Source of the DNA: Octopus sinensis
Lineage: Eukaryota
Assembly (NCBI RefSeq): GCF_006345805.1
Contig: NC_043004.1
Coordinates: 41,416,001 to 41,480,000 of the forward strand
Length of the DNA stretch: 64,000 nucleotides
Direction of reading: 5' to 3'
The notes under the pieces were generated by a model, which was given only the letters and a program-made list of their open reading frames with translations, was not told the origin of the DNA and searched no databases. Within the stretch, counting starts at the first letter, position 1; each line of letters starts with the position of its first letter. Positions 37,033-50,992 of this stretch are shown here, one piece after another. The translations under genes and the position numbers were made by a program.

Positions 37033-39514
37033 CGTTCGTTTATTGGCCACAAGGGCTAACAAAAATCAATTAAAACATAAAGGGACAAAACACAGGACGA
37101 AAGTACAAAGGGTTTTGTCCGTTTGAAAAAGGTTCGTGTACAAAAGCAGGATAACAACAAAATGTAAGTAACAATTAAAACTCCCAATAGGGGGAGGTGC
37201 TTCGAAAGGTTACTCGTGAAAAAACCCATAAAAGCCACGGGAGCCTGGTCAAAAGCGGGGTAGAGAGCCCCTTTCTCCTTTTATATTTCCTTTTAATTCT
37301 CACAGGTGTATCCTCAGAATTGGTCCGTTCATACTGGCCATTCTTGCGACATTCACCCACCTTTCAATAAACTTGCTACCAGACATCACTTTCCTCTCTA
37401 CTCTCATCTTCCTTTTCAAGTGAAAGTTGAAAAAGTTGATGAGGCCTTGGCCAAAGAGGAAAGTGTCAGACCTTAACCTTTCAAACGAGTCCACCATATC
37501 ACCTCTTTCGCTACAGTCACTAGACAAAGGAAAACTGCCTTGCCCTCCCGGTTAAAGGAGGTCGGCGGGGCAATCAGCACTATGGATTCAGCTGATAGCC
37601 GGATCCGTCCTATACGCGACAGTAGCTGTTCGACATAAACCCATAGTTCGGCAATACTCGGGCACTGGACGAGTGCGTGCAGAACTGTTTCGTCGTCCTG
37701 GGCGCACCTCGGGCAGGCCCGACTGACCACACTTCCGTGCCAGTAGAGTTTATTCCAAACAGGCAGAGCCCCTCGGTAGCTCTGCCAGGCGAGGGACCTT
37801 TGGAAATTATCCATTGGTCCCGGCCCGAAAGTTCTCCCGAACAGACTGTTATCGTCAACGCCTAGAGTTCCCCCGAGAACGTCGTCGCACTTTTCTTCCA
37901 CTAACCCTCTATAGAACGCTAGAGTGGAACCACTACCGATCGCATTGCCTGCCTGGTGGAGGGCGGAGAGAGCTTGACGGCACTCGAGGTGCCAAGCGCC
38001 CTTTCTCGGTCTGCGCTTGATCCAAGACTGCAACTCTGTCAAAGAGACGAGCTGCGGAAAGTCGCGTCTGACAAAAGATGACCACACCTGTTCACCGTCT
38101 AGGAAACACTTGAGATGCCGTAGCCTGAGCGCATGTCTGCACATCAGTAACCACGACATGCCAAGGCCTCCGTTGACAGCAGATGGATCGCCTGACCAGT
38201 GGTACCTGACCCTTCCACAAGAAGCTGAAGAGCAAGCGCACCAGCTTGGCCAACCAGCGGTCGGGACAAGGGACGACGGTCAATCGGTAATAGATGACGG
38301 ATGCAATGTACGCATTCGCCACCTCTGCTCGACCTTTCAGGGACAGCTTCCTCTCGGCCCATTTCTAGGTGAGATTGGCCACCCTGTTCGTCACCTCTTC
38401 CCAGTTTTTATCCACCTGGAGGTCTGGACCGAACCAGACCCCGAGCAGTTTAACGGGTCTGTCTGTCCAGCGCCCTACAACACTGTTGGACGGCATGGAC
38501 TTGCCTCTCCAGGTGCCCAGTTGCAAGCCCACGGACTTTTCCGCGTTAATCTTTGCACCTGTCACCGCTTCGTACTCGTTTAATATCTCGCCAATCAGGT
38601 CAATGTGCCTGTGGCTCGACACCATCACGGTGACGTCGTCGGCATAAGCAGACACGCTGTTTCCACCTCCTAGATCGCGCGGGATACCCCCTCAAAGCCT
38701 CCAGCTTGCGCAGTAATGGCTTGAGATCAATACGTACAAGAGGGAGGAGAGAGGGCATCCTTGGCGAACCGAACGCGAGATGTCAAACGGCTCCGAAAGG
38801 TGACCGTTCACCCGTATCACCGAGCAGATGTTGCTGTACAAAGCAGCGATCCACCCGCGGAAGACTGGACCGAAACCGGCTGCCTTGAGAACAGCTGCCA
38901 GGTATCGATGGTCGACCCTATCGAAGGCTTTACTCTGATCTAAATTGATCAAAGCCCCACCCGTGCCAGTGTCGTTACCCACCCTCTCTATGATGTAGCG
39001 CATGAGATGGAGATTATCGTGTATCGACCTGGTCGGCACGGCGCATGTCTGCGCCTTGTCAATCAGCTTGTCCACGACAAGCGCCAATCTCTTGGCTAGC
39101 ACTTTAGCCAAAATCTTCAACTCTGCATTGAGCAGAATGATGGGCCTAAAGTTCCCTATAACGTCCCCCTTGTTTGGATCCTTTCTCAGCAAAGCCACCA
39201 CCCCTCAACAAACAAAAGCAGGAATTCTCCCGTTTTGTTGCCAGTTGCAGTAGACGTTTGCCAAGAGGCCCGCAAACAAGTCTGGCATTGAAGTGTAAAG
39301 CTCGTAGGGCAGACCATCCAAACCAGGCGATCTGCCTCTCGTGCAACTCTTCATTGTTTCCTCCACTTCCCAGGAAAATATCGGTCTTTCGCAGCACTCC
39401 GCCTCGCCGTCCGAGAGTTGCGGTAGGCCGTCCAGGTACACACCGAAGTCTGTCCCATTGTCCGTCCCACCGTTCACCCCAAACAGTTGAGCAAAGTGCC
39501 GCTGAAACACCGCA
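37033..39514 (-). mobile_element. 5'-truncated Tx1/L1-clade LINE (RT, zinc-finger, 3' UTR), frameshifted
   Basis: SPGLDGLPYELY, NFRPIILLNAELKILAKVLAKRL, LDQSKAFDRVDH, VRQGCPLS, AYADD and C-terminal CPRC...ETVLHALVQC. AATAAA at the 3' end; (AAT)n at both ends. Confidence 0.9.
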
Positions 39515-39529
39515 CAATAATAATAATAT

Positions 39530-39783
39530 ACTGGCGATACATTTCCGTCTTTAGCTTCTAACTCCTTGCGAGTTTTGTAGACGAAGGATCTAGCGACTTT
39601 TAACAATCGTGCTATTTCTAAACTGCTTTGTTCAGCCTTTATAGCCACAATGACTGCGTGCCTCGTCATTTTTTGTGTAACCATAGGGTCTACCATTGAT
39701 AATTCTGAAATATAGAAAATATTAAGTTGATAAATATGCTGCTTAGTAAAATTAACTTATGTTCTCAAATACCTTACGCACCC

Positions 39784-39785
<2 letters not shown>
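39530..39785 (-). mobile_element. Tc1/mariner 5' fragment (TIR and HTH start)
   Basis: CAGGGTGCG terminus, then MTRHAVIVAIKAEQSSLEIARLLKVARSFVYKTRK helix-turn-helix, cut at the Tx1 junction. Confidence 0.6.
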
Positions 39786-39835
<50 letters not shown>

Positions 39836-40118
39836 TGTGTATGTGTGTGTGGTTGTGTATACACACACTAACGCTTGACAACCGGTGTTGGTGTGTTTAC
39901 GTAACTTAGCGGCTCAGCAAAAGATTTCGACAGAATAAGTACCAGGCTTAACAAAAATAAGCACCGGGGTCGACTCAAAGATTCTTCAAGGCGGTGCCCC
40001 AGCATGGCCGCAGCCTAACGTATGAAACAAGTAAAAGATAAAAAGATAGACACATATATGAAATTCTTTATTTACGTCTTTACTATTTTTGCTTTTTTTT
40101 TTTTGTTTACTATTTTAG

Positions 40119-40226
40119 TCTATTCGATCGATTGGAAATGGAACGTTCGTCTTAGTTATGATAGATTCCACCAGATTTAATTGTAACACTGATGTTTATC
40201 TACAATGGATGAAATCAGATATCAAA
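40119..40226 (+). CDS. Exon 2 of PEBP paralog B
   Basis: TTTTAG acceptor, GTAAGT donor, 108 nt phase 0/0. SIRSIGNGTFVLVMIDSTRFNCNTDVYLQWMKSDIK aligns to paralog A exon 2 (YILIMVDPDA...YWLHWLKTEI). Confidence 0.85.
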
Positions 40227-40243
40227 GTAAGTCCTACATCATA

Positions 40244-41641
<1,398 letters not shown>

Positions 41642-41776
41642 TATATGCTAAATTTGTACGCGTGGGGGCAAACATGCATGAGCATTTCCGTGTACATATG
41701 GAAACGTACATCCCACTCACTTATCACAAACACATTTATACAAGCGTATACACATACATAAAATACTCACTATACG

Positions 41777-42010
41777 TGGCGAGCTGGCAGAAACGTAAGC
41801 ACGCCGGGCGAAATGCGTAGCCGTATTTCGTCTGCCGCCGTTACGTTCCGAGTTTAAATTCCGCCGAGGTCGACTTTGCCTTTCATCCTTTTCGGGGTCG
41901 ATAAATTAAGTACCAGTTACGCACTGGGATTCGATGTGATCGACTTAATCCGTTTGTCTGTCCTTGTTTGTCCCCTCTGTGTTTAGCCCCTTGTGGGTAG
42001 TAAAGAAATA
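41777..42010 (+). mobile_element. Meta-domain tRNA SINE
   Basis: Full head, core and tail; further copies at 42628-42859(-), 51362-51577(+), 60990-61148(-) and 63205-63370(+). Confidence 0.85.
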
Positions 42011-42017
42011 TATACAT

Positions 42018-42300
42018 GTGAAGACGCGTGGCTTAGTGTTTAGGTTGTGCGGCACACGATCGAAAGGTCGTGAGTTCGATTCCTTGCTTCACGTTGTCCT
42101 TGTGTACGACACTTTATTTCACGTTGATCCAGTCCACTCGGCTGGCAAAAATGAGCAGTACCATGTCACATTCTGTGTTGCGCTGAATATTTCTGAGGAC
42201 TACGTTAAGGTTACGCGTATTTGTGGAGTGTTCAGCCACTTGTACGTTAATTTTACAAGAATGCTGTACTGTTGATCAATTAGAACCAACGGAGTACCAC
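42018..42300 (+). mobile_element. tRNA-derived SINE
   Basis: GTGGCTTAGTG A box, GAGTTCGATTCC B box, ACACTTTATTTCACGTTG core, 3' part shared with the SINE at 299-684. Confidence 0.7.
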
Positions 42301-42939
42301 TTATTGTTATACGCTTACACCGCCCCCCCACACACACACATGTACATATATATGTAGTGAAAATGCGTGCTCGAGTAACCTGGGCACGATCATAAAGTCG
42401 TGGGTTCGATTTCTGGAAAAAGCGGCTCAGCGTATTCTTAAGCAAGGCAATTCATATCACGTTAGTTCTAGTTTACATAGCTGAAGTGTGTACAAACTAA
42501 TAACTACTTTAGCCCTTTCTCTATACAGCTGTGACTGTTGGTGGGAGAGAGGGCTCCACCAGGACTGGAACCGAAGATTTTACGATCCCGAGATTAATAC
42601 CTTAAATACTAGATTCCCAACAAATATGTTTCTTTATTATCCACAAGGGGCTAAACATAGAGGGGACAAACAAGGACAGACAAACGAATTAAGTCGATTA
42701 CATCGACCCCAGTGCGTAACTGGTACTTAATTTATCGACCTCGAAAGGATGAAAGGCAAAGTCGACCTCGGCGTAATTTGAACCCAGAATGTAACGGTAG
42801 ACGAAATACGGCTACGCATTTCGTCCGGTGTGCTAACGTTTCTGCCAGCTCGCCGCCTTTGATTTCCAACAAATAGACACGTACACAAACTCGCGCGCGC
42901 ACACACACACACACCACACACACACACACACACATACAC

Positions 42940-42970
<31 letters not shown>

Positions 42971-42986
42971 TATGTTTGTGAGTGTG

Positions 42987-43105
<119 letters not shown>

Positions 43106-43628
43106 CCGTAAATCCTCGAGTATAGTCCGCCCTTGAGTATAATACGCAGGGGATTTTTAGGGGGCTGTACCTCTGAAAAACCTAAACCTTGTGTATAATA
43201 CGCATCTCTTCTCTAACTTGAGTCGTGCGTAATTTAGCCAGCAGTACCTAGTTGAACAAACGCTTCCGCGCATGCGTAATACAATAATGGTGATGTTCTT
43301 AACTGTTATATGGGAATGTAAATATGTTTGCAAATTGTTTTTGTTATATAATTATTCTGTGTTCTGAATACTTTCATTTTACTAAATGTTGCTTTCTGCA
43401 AGTTATGGATGATTCTTCTATGACTTCATTGCTTTCAGGCTTAGCTTAAGGTATTTTCGCGCCCAACATCACAAAATGCGTCTGAATAAACATTGCCGGA
43501 CAGCAAATAGAGACTAGGACATTGCTTAGAAAATATTTTTCATTTTTAACCTCGTGTATAATACGCACTAGGGATTTTGACCATTAAATTTTGGGAAAGA
43601 AATGCGGATTATACTCAAAGATTTACGG
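43106..43628. mobile_element. Tc1/mariner-superfamily MITE
   Basis: TA|CCGTAAATCCTCGAGTATAGTCCGC ... GCGGATTATACTCAAAGATTTACGG|TA; ~25-bp TIRs and TA TSD. Confidence 0.85.
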
Positions 43629-43712
<84 letters not shown>

Positions 43713-43985
43713 ATGTATGTACGTACGTATGTATGTATGTATGTATAAATAAATATAGGGATGGTATTATTGAAATACCATCACGAGTGGTAAGTGAATT
43801 ATCAGCCGTACAGGCAAATTAATAAAATATACACATACAATATTAGATATGTAGATATATACACAAGTATATACATATACTAAGCTCCGAGTCTCCAGAA
43901 ACTGATGTTGGACCCGTAACACCATGCCTTCTCCCCTTAATTTTCTGTCTTTGTACTGTCTCGTATTCACATATTTATACGTGAA

Positions 43986-44391
43986 CTAGCAGTATCGCCC
44001 GGCGTTGCTCGGGTTTGTAAGGGAAATAACTATATAAGCATTTTTAGAGAGTTATAGCCAAAAAATAGCAAAAAAAAATGCATTAAAAATGGGGAAAAAA
44101 AATGATGGTAAATTTTTTTTTAAATCGTTGACTCATCGTAGACATTTTTAGAGAGTTACTTCCCTTATATAATAGCGAAAAAATGCATTAAAATGGAAAA
44201 AAAATGATGGTAAATTATTTCTTAAATCGTAGACTCATCGTAGACACGCGCTAATACCCAGAAGGGCTCGATATGAATCACGACTATAAGATACCCGGTT
44301 TTGGTTACACTGCACAGCAAAATGTGGGAGTAGTTAGGAATCTAAATCGTAGGAGACAGACAGCACACAACCTCTCTTTTATATATAAAGA
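43986..44391 (-). mobile_element. Non-autonomous Helitron
   Basis: A|TC...hairpin...CTAG|T on the minus strand. Confidence 0.8.
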
Positions 44392-44611
44392 TATTCGTCG
44401 TCTGAAAATGTTTAGTGTTTTCTTTCTCTCTATGTACATGTATACTTTGTATGTATAACCCAAGCAGCTCTATTTATCAAATTTGCATCATTATCTCCAT
44501 ATCTGCTCACCAGGATTCCTCTCATAGCCACTTTTTATCCTCCGGACTTAGTCCTTCGGTAAAGATTTCGATGTATAATTTTAAATCATTTGAGCGCTAT
44601 AAAGTGTTTTC

Positions 44612-45023
44612 GGATCTTTTTGGTTTGAACGGCAGTTTTTTCTAGCGGTGTCATATGAAATTGTCACCCATAATTATAACCCTAGTATCGATATATTGCA
44701 TTTCAATCTGTTTTAGGGTTAGGGTTAGGGTGGGGGGTAGGGTATTTTTTTTCTTCACAAATGTAAATAAACCCAATCTGTTTCTTAAACGAGGGACATA
44801 TGCGGCACAGAATGTTTTTTTGTTACCTCAATAGACGTCAGTGATTGGTTGAAATTGCAGAAATTGAAGAAAAACAACAAATATCTTACAAATTATAGAA
44901 TTTTCTCAATAAAGCCAAGAGAAAAATATGTTTTATAAACACATTCTACCAGTATATGAAGTTAAAAATTTTATAGTTACATAGAAATTATGATAAAAAC
45001 TGCCGTTCAAACCGAAAAGATCC
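44612..45023 (+). mobile_element. ~420-bp MITE (GGATC TIR family)
   Basis: TIRs intact; TSD GTGTTTTC/GTGTTTTG. Confidence 0.9.
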
Positions 45024-45128
45024 GTGTTTTGTATATAGAGCGTTTCTGGATCTCATCTGTTGACTCTATTATGTATATGTATGTATATATGTATTACGTA
45101 TATACATTAGTTTACTCATTTTTCTTAG

Positions 45129-45186
45129 GCACAAGATTTGGCGAACAGCAAAAACGGAGTATCTGCTGGAACGGATGACATTATAC
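45129..45186 (+). CDS. Exon 3 of PEBP paralog B
   Basis: TTCTTAG acceptor, GTAAGT donor, 58 nt phase 0/1; AQDLANSKNGVSAGTDDII. The phase fits exons 2 and 4. Confidence 0.75.
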
Positions 45187-45341
45187 GTAAGTACTGTTTT
45201 CAGTTTGACTCCAGGCGTTCATGTCTCTCTTTCTCTCTCCCCACTTTCTGTGTGTGTGTGCGTGTGTGTGTGTGTGTCTGTAAGCATGTGTGTATGTGTG
45301 TGTGTTTGTGTGTAACAAGAAAATATGACAAGATAATTTTT

Positions 45342-45772
45342 GGATCTTTTCGGTTTGAATGGCAGTTTTTAACATAACTTCTAGGTATCTAAAAAATTTT
45401 AAACTTCGTATACTGGTAGAATGTGTTTATAAAACATCCTTTTCTCTCGGATTTATTGAGAAAATTCTATAGTTTGTAAGATATTTGTTGTTGTTTTTCT
45501 TCAATTTCTGCAATTTCAACAAATCAATGACGTCCATTGAGGTAAACAACATTCTGTGCCGTATGAATATGTCCCTCGTTGAAGAAACAGATTGGGTTTA
45601 TTTACATTTGTGAAGAAAAAAAGATACACTTTCCCCCACCCCTAACCCTTACCCTAACTAACCATAACCCTAAAATAGATTGAAATGCAATAGATCGATA
45701 CTAGGGTCATAATTATGGGTGACAATTTCATATGACACCGCTAGAAAACTGCCGTTCAAACCGAAAAGATTC
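45342..45772 (-). mobile_element. ~420-bp MITE (GGATC TIR family), opposite orientation
   Basis: Reverse complement of the family, with CCCTAA repeats. Confidence 0.9.
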
Positions 45773-45864
45773 TAATTTGCATATACTAATCATTGAGAAG
45801 AAAAATTATGCAATAGGTTGATGAATAAGGAATACGTATGATTTTCCATATTGTTTGCGGGGCA

Positions 45865-45895
<31 letters not shown>

Positions 45896-45905
45896 TGTAT
45901 GTATG

Positions 45906-45935
<30 letters not shown>

Positions 45936-45936
<1 letters not shown>

Positions 45937-47431
45937 TCTCAATGTGGCTTCCGATCTGGTAGAGGGACAATGGATATGATTTTCACAGCAAGACAGATGC
46001 AGGAGAAGTGCTATGAGCAGAATATGGATCTTGTCCAGGTATTCATTGATTTGACTAAGGCCTTTGATACTGTAAATAGGGCCTTTCTATGGAAAATACT
46101 CGGCAGACTTGGATGTCCGGATCACTTTGTATCTATAATTGAATCATTTCATGATGGGATGGAGGCTTGGGTCAATGCTGGTGGTGCCATGGCGGGACCC
46201 ATTCCTGTAGAGAATGGTGTCAAGCAGGGTGACATCCTTGCCCCAACTCTCTTTTCTTTGTACTTTACTGCTGTTTTTACTCATGCTTTTGCTAAGGTTA
46301 ACTCTCTGGGAATATATGTCAGATATCGATCTTCTGGCCGCCTCTTTAATCTTCGCCGATTTGCTGCCAATTCAAGGGTGTCCCAGTCTATTATTCGTGA
46401 CCTCCTTTATGCAGATGACTGTGACTTAGTCACTCATACAGTGGATGACATGCAAATACTCATGAATTGCATTTCTGCTTCTTGCAGGGCATTTGGACTC
46501 AGCATTAGCCTAGACAAGACTGTTGTAATGTTCCAGCCTGCACCAGGAAATCCATATATAGAACCAGCTATCTTGGTTGAAGGAACAATTCTGAAGGTAG
46601 TAGACAAGTTTGTCTACCTGGGCAGCACACTCAGCCGTTCTTGCTCCCTGGATGAGGAAATATCTTTCAGGTTGCAGAGAGCAACTAATTCCTTCCGGTC
46701 TCGTCAGTCTCGTGTCTGGTCCCAACATGGCATCGCAAGGAGAACAAAAGTTGCTGTGTACCGTGCTTGTGTACTGACATAGCTTCTCTACTCATGTGAG
46801 ACATGGACTTTGTACAAACGTCAGGTAAGGGTCCTTGAACGTTTTCATCAGAGATGTCTCAGACACATTCTCAATGTTGGCTGGACCTCAAAAATTCAAG
46901 ACACACAGATCCTGAGGACAGCTGATATCTTGAGTATTGAGGCGATGGTACACAAGCACCGGTTGCGTTGGACTGGACACCTTATTAGAATGGAGGATAG
47001 AAGGATTCCTAAGCAGATGCTCTATGGAGAACTTGTGAATGGAAGGAGACTCCGGCAGAAACCAAGGCTGCGATTTAAGGACTGTGTCAAGTCCTCGTTA
47101 AAGGCCTTTGATATGCAGGACACTGACTGGGAGAACAATGCCTGTCATCGCCACAGATGGAGGAAGCAGGTTATGGAGGGGATCGACACTTTTGAGAGAG
47201 CACGTATTCAGCATGAAGAACTTAAGCGAGCTGTGCGAAAGCGCACGGCACGTATAGTGAATGGGGAAAGCTTGGTCTGCAATGTTTGCAGTCGTGTATC
47301 CTTGTCAAGAGCAGGGCTCATTAGCCACCAACGGAGCCGCAAATGCAAAATATAAGTTAGTCCTAGAGCGCACAATGTTCCTGAAGGTCGGCAATGGTCT
47401 TCCTCGGTCACGAATGGATGGCCATCATCAT
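45936..47431 (+). mobile_element. 5'-truncated RTE (BovB-like) LINE
   Basis: QCGFR..RGTMDMIF, FIDLTKAFDTV, GVKQGDILAP, LLYADD, C-terminal zinc-finger-like CNVC..LISHQRS. One in-frame TAG at 46780; flanked by (ATGT)n on both sides. Confidence 0.92.
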
Positions 47432-48411
47432 GTATGTATGTATGTATGTATGTATGTAAGTATTGCCTCACAATGACTTTTTATGTCGTAAATGTAAGAG
47501 GTTTGTTGCCTCAATATGTTTTATAAAGAACAATGTGCTCGGGTAAACAGCAATCGGCAGGCGTTGCTGTTGCCCTCATTATTATCATATCGTCAATCAT
47601 TCCATCTCTTTGTAAGGCCCTTGTGGCCAAATTGAATGAATAAAAGAAGCCTGCTTCCCAACCATTTGATTCTGTGTTTAAAATTTTTAATAGTTTCCCA
47701 GTAGAATTTTAAGAAAACATCCTGGTTTCGAAGAAAAACCAGTTTCTATGTCTGTATGTTATGCTTTGTTTTCCATAAGCTGTTTTATCGAAGAAAAACA
47801 ATGAACGTCTATGGATCCAGTATCTTAAAATCTTGATGTGATTGTAATAAATCGATGTCATTTTCGAATTTTATGCACCCCAAATGTTCTGACAAGAGAC
47901 AAAAACTTTTGTTGGCCCGTGTTATCTTATCCTAAACGATAAAGACAATGGCTGACAGCAATGCTTGTACTGAAATTTTAAATCATTAGCAACTTGCCCT
48001 ACAGAGCTAAGACTCTCACCTACAAAACCATGTAGTCTAGAAACAGGCAAAAGCAGGATCTCTGGCTTCGCAGCGAGGCGGGTGTTATTTCGGAATTTCC
48101 TTCTTATCGAGAGATGTATAGACAAAGACTAGCGGTCTCTCACTCCCAACTGTTGGATGGTGGCTGGCTCTATTGAGTTCATCTGTTATTCGACTGGTTA
48201 TTCTTTTACATGACCTACGAAATCCCATCCCACCTTACAAAGCAGGCTTTGTAAGGCTGCCGGTTTAGTCGCCGACACCTCGATCATGGGATAGGGTGTA
48301 CTGAGTTGCATGTTACCAGTAGTAATGAAAGTACACCTCCCTCCCCTCCCTCCATACCTACACATACATATGCATAAGCGTGGACACATACCTGCACATA
48401 TATACACATAC

Positions 48412-48615
48412 GTACGAGGTGTTCTTGAAAAGTTCCTGGCTTTAAGGGTGTCGCGAAAGGCTTGGTTGGAGGTCCAACCTTCCGAGTTCTTTTACAGGGC
48501 TTAGTAAAACTGAAGGACTGCTGCAATAAGTGTGTGAATCTGAGAAGGGGATATGTTGAATAAAATCATAACTAAATGATCCTCCTGCTGTATTTTTTTT
48601 TACCCAAAGCCATGA
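48412..48615. mobile_element. Mariner-like MITE remnant
   Basis: TACGAGGTGTTCTTGAAAAGTTCCTGGCTTT mariner-type terminus with a partial inverted copy (AAAGCCA.GA) near 48607. Confidence 0.45.
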
Positions 48616-48687
48616 TCCCATCGTATGTGTGTTTGTTTTCTACAAATTTGCTTTCTACAAATAATTTTTCTCTTTTCCTTCCACCAG

Positions 48688-48998
48688 CTTTTGAAGCCCC
48701 TGAGGTCGGTTCAACTCGTCATCGAATTCAGTTGTTTCTGTATAAACAATTAAGGACATACATCGGAATGACATCTGAGCCGAAAATATTACGCAGGTGG
48801 ATTGAAGGCCACTGGAATATAGGTAACTCCCTTAGCAAAAAATTGATGTCTTTTCAGTATTATATTCTTCCCAAATCCACTTCTTGTCCTAAAATCGATT
48901 CAGAATCTGTAACAGATTCCGCACCATCTAATTTGAAAAACTGGAGAATTGATTTTCTGCCGAAGATGATCATAATATATCTTGTGATATGGTTGTAA
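48688..48998 (+). CDS. Terminal exon 4 of PEBP paralog B
   Basis: Polypyrimidine-CCAG acceptor, phase 1. PFEAPEVGSTRHRIQLFLYKQ matches the PEBP YxxPxPPxGxGxHRYxFxLYxQ motif; reads to TAA at 48998; AATAAA at ~49025 and ~49032. Confidence 0.8.
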
Positions 48999-49794
48999 TA
49001 ATAATAATAATAATCATTTAAGCCAATAAACAATAAAAAGAACTATAAGTGTTTTCAGCATTCTTGTTCCCTTTGCATTTCCTCAGTACCGACCCGACAC
49101 AGCTACGTGTGTGAGAAATTAATAGACTGGTCACAGGTTTAGTAACAAGAATTAGTTATATATATGATTCTTTTTTTCGTTTTATTTTCTATATGCCAAT
49201 AAAAATAGACCCCTTCCGAACTTGTTGGTAGAATATAAAAATAATATTTATACCGAAGTTTTTCTTCTGGGATTTCGGAAATCCTTGGAAATTTGGCTAA
49301 AAATGCACCCGGGAAATATCTGTGATTGCATTCTATTTCCCGGGAAATCCCGACCGAATTATTTAAAAAGTAAGTATAAATTACAAGATTTCCTTTAAGT
49401 TCTTGCCCAATTAAAAAAAGCAGTCTTTTGTGCCAATTAAAGATCGTTTGCAAAGACACGTACTCAGAAACTAGTACAAGTGAAATAGACAAGCCCCGTT
49501 CAAAAACAATCACAATAGAAATAATCTTTAGTTGAGATAGAAACAAACTTTAGTTGAAATAGCACCTAAATTAATTATTGTTGATGTATTTTCTAAGAAA
49601 CAAACTTTAGTTGAAATAGCACCTAAATTAATTATTGTTGATGTATTTTCTATGAATTCAATAGTTAAGAGCTTTTGTTAGGAAAACTACTACAAATAAA
49701 GGTATTTAACACAGAAGTTGAATACAACATCAATATAATTTGAAAAGAAAAATATAGTTTGTAAAATAATGAAATGAAAGACAGAGTCTGGTAT

Positions 49795-50086
49795 TATTTA
49801 CAATTGACGGATATTTGTCCTCATCTTGTTTGTTGTTAACACACCGTTTCGGCTGACATACCCTCTGGCCTTTATCAGGTGTCTTGGGGAAATTTTGAAC
49901 CTGTGTTCGAAATTTCCCCAAGGCACCTGTGTTCGAAATTTCCCCAAGGCACATGATAAAGGCTGGAAGGTATATCAGCTGAAACGTTGTGTTAACGACA
50001 AACAAGATGAGGACAAATATCCGTCGAATGTAAATAATGTAAATAATGTAAATGAAGTACATAATTCCTCATATCTTAAATATAGA
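49795..50086. mobile_element. Short Penelope-type fold-back element with 14-bp TSD and decayed hammerheads
   Basis: ACAGAGTCTGGTAT duplicated at 49781 and 50087; ~105-bp diverged inverted arms; minus arm ACAC-CTGATAA-AGGC..GCC-GAAACGGT-GTGT. Confidence 0.65.
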
Positions 50087-50572
50087 ACAGAGTCTGGTAT
50101 ATCAAGTATTTCTTTAGTTGAATATACGTTTCAGAATTGCAAATATTTGAATACAAATTTGCATTCATTTAGTAAATTCCAGAATTTAAGAATGACTGCA
50201 ATTTGTGAAGGTTTCTGGAGGTTTTAGAAACAAAACTTCAGAATTTAGTCGGGAGTTTAAAAAAAAATTGGTGACATTCGTAACTGATGAAGCATGTATC
50301 ATGGTTAAATTCGGTTGTGTCATTTTGATTGAAAGTATCAAGTATATTAAGCACATGGACTTCTTTTGGCTGTTTGTGATGTTCATTACTACAAAGCTAA
50401 TTTATCTAATGATTCTTGCAACGATGACGATGAGTTCCAAGATACATTTGAGGCTGATTATCGAAATGTAGATTCTGTAGTAATGAATATGGTTAATAAT
50501 TGTAATTTGCTGCACACTAAACACAATGAAATAGCTCCTACCGTAGAACTTACCACCTAAGAAAATTTAAAT

Positions 50573-50992
50573 CGATCTTTTCGGTTTGAACGGCAGTTTT
50601 TTTCTAGCGGTGTCATATGAAATTGTCACCCATAATTATGACCCTAGTATCAATCTATTGCATTTCAATCTGTTTTAAGGTTAGGGTTAGGGTTGTGGGG
50701 AAGGGTATCTTTTTTCTTCACAAATGTAAATAAACCCAATCTGTTTCTTTAAACGACTGACATACTCATATGGCACAGAATGTTTTTTTTACCTCAATAG
50801 ACGTTACTGATTGGTTGAAATTGCAGAAATTGAAGAAAAATAACAACAAATATCTTACAAACTATAGAATTTTCTCAATAAAGCCAAGAGAAAAAGATGT
50901 TTTATAAACACATTCTACCAGTATACGAAGTTTAAAATTTTTTAGTTACCTAGAAGTTATGTTAAAAACTGCCGTTCAAACTGAAAAGATCC
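50573..50992 (+). mobile_element. ~420-bp MITE (GGATC TIR family)
   Basis: TIRs; 9-bp TSD AATTTAAAT. Confidence 0.9.

Noticed and set aside
39205-39696. HTH-RT fusion ORF
   Set aside because: Chance in-frame junction of a mariner fragment and a 5'-truncated Tx1 across an (AAT)n linker.
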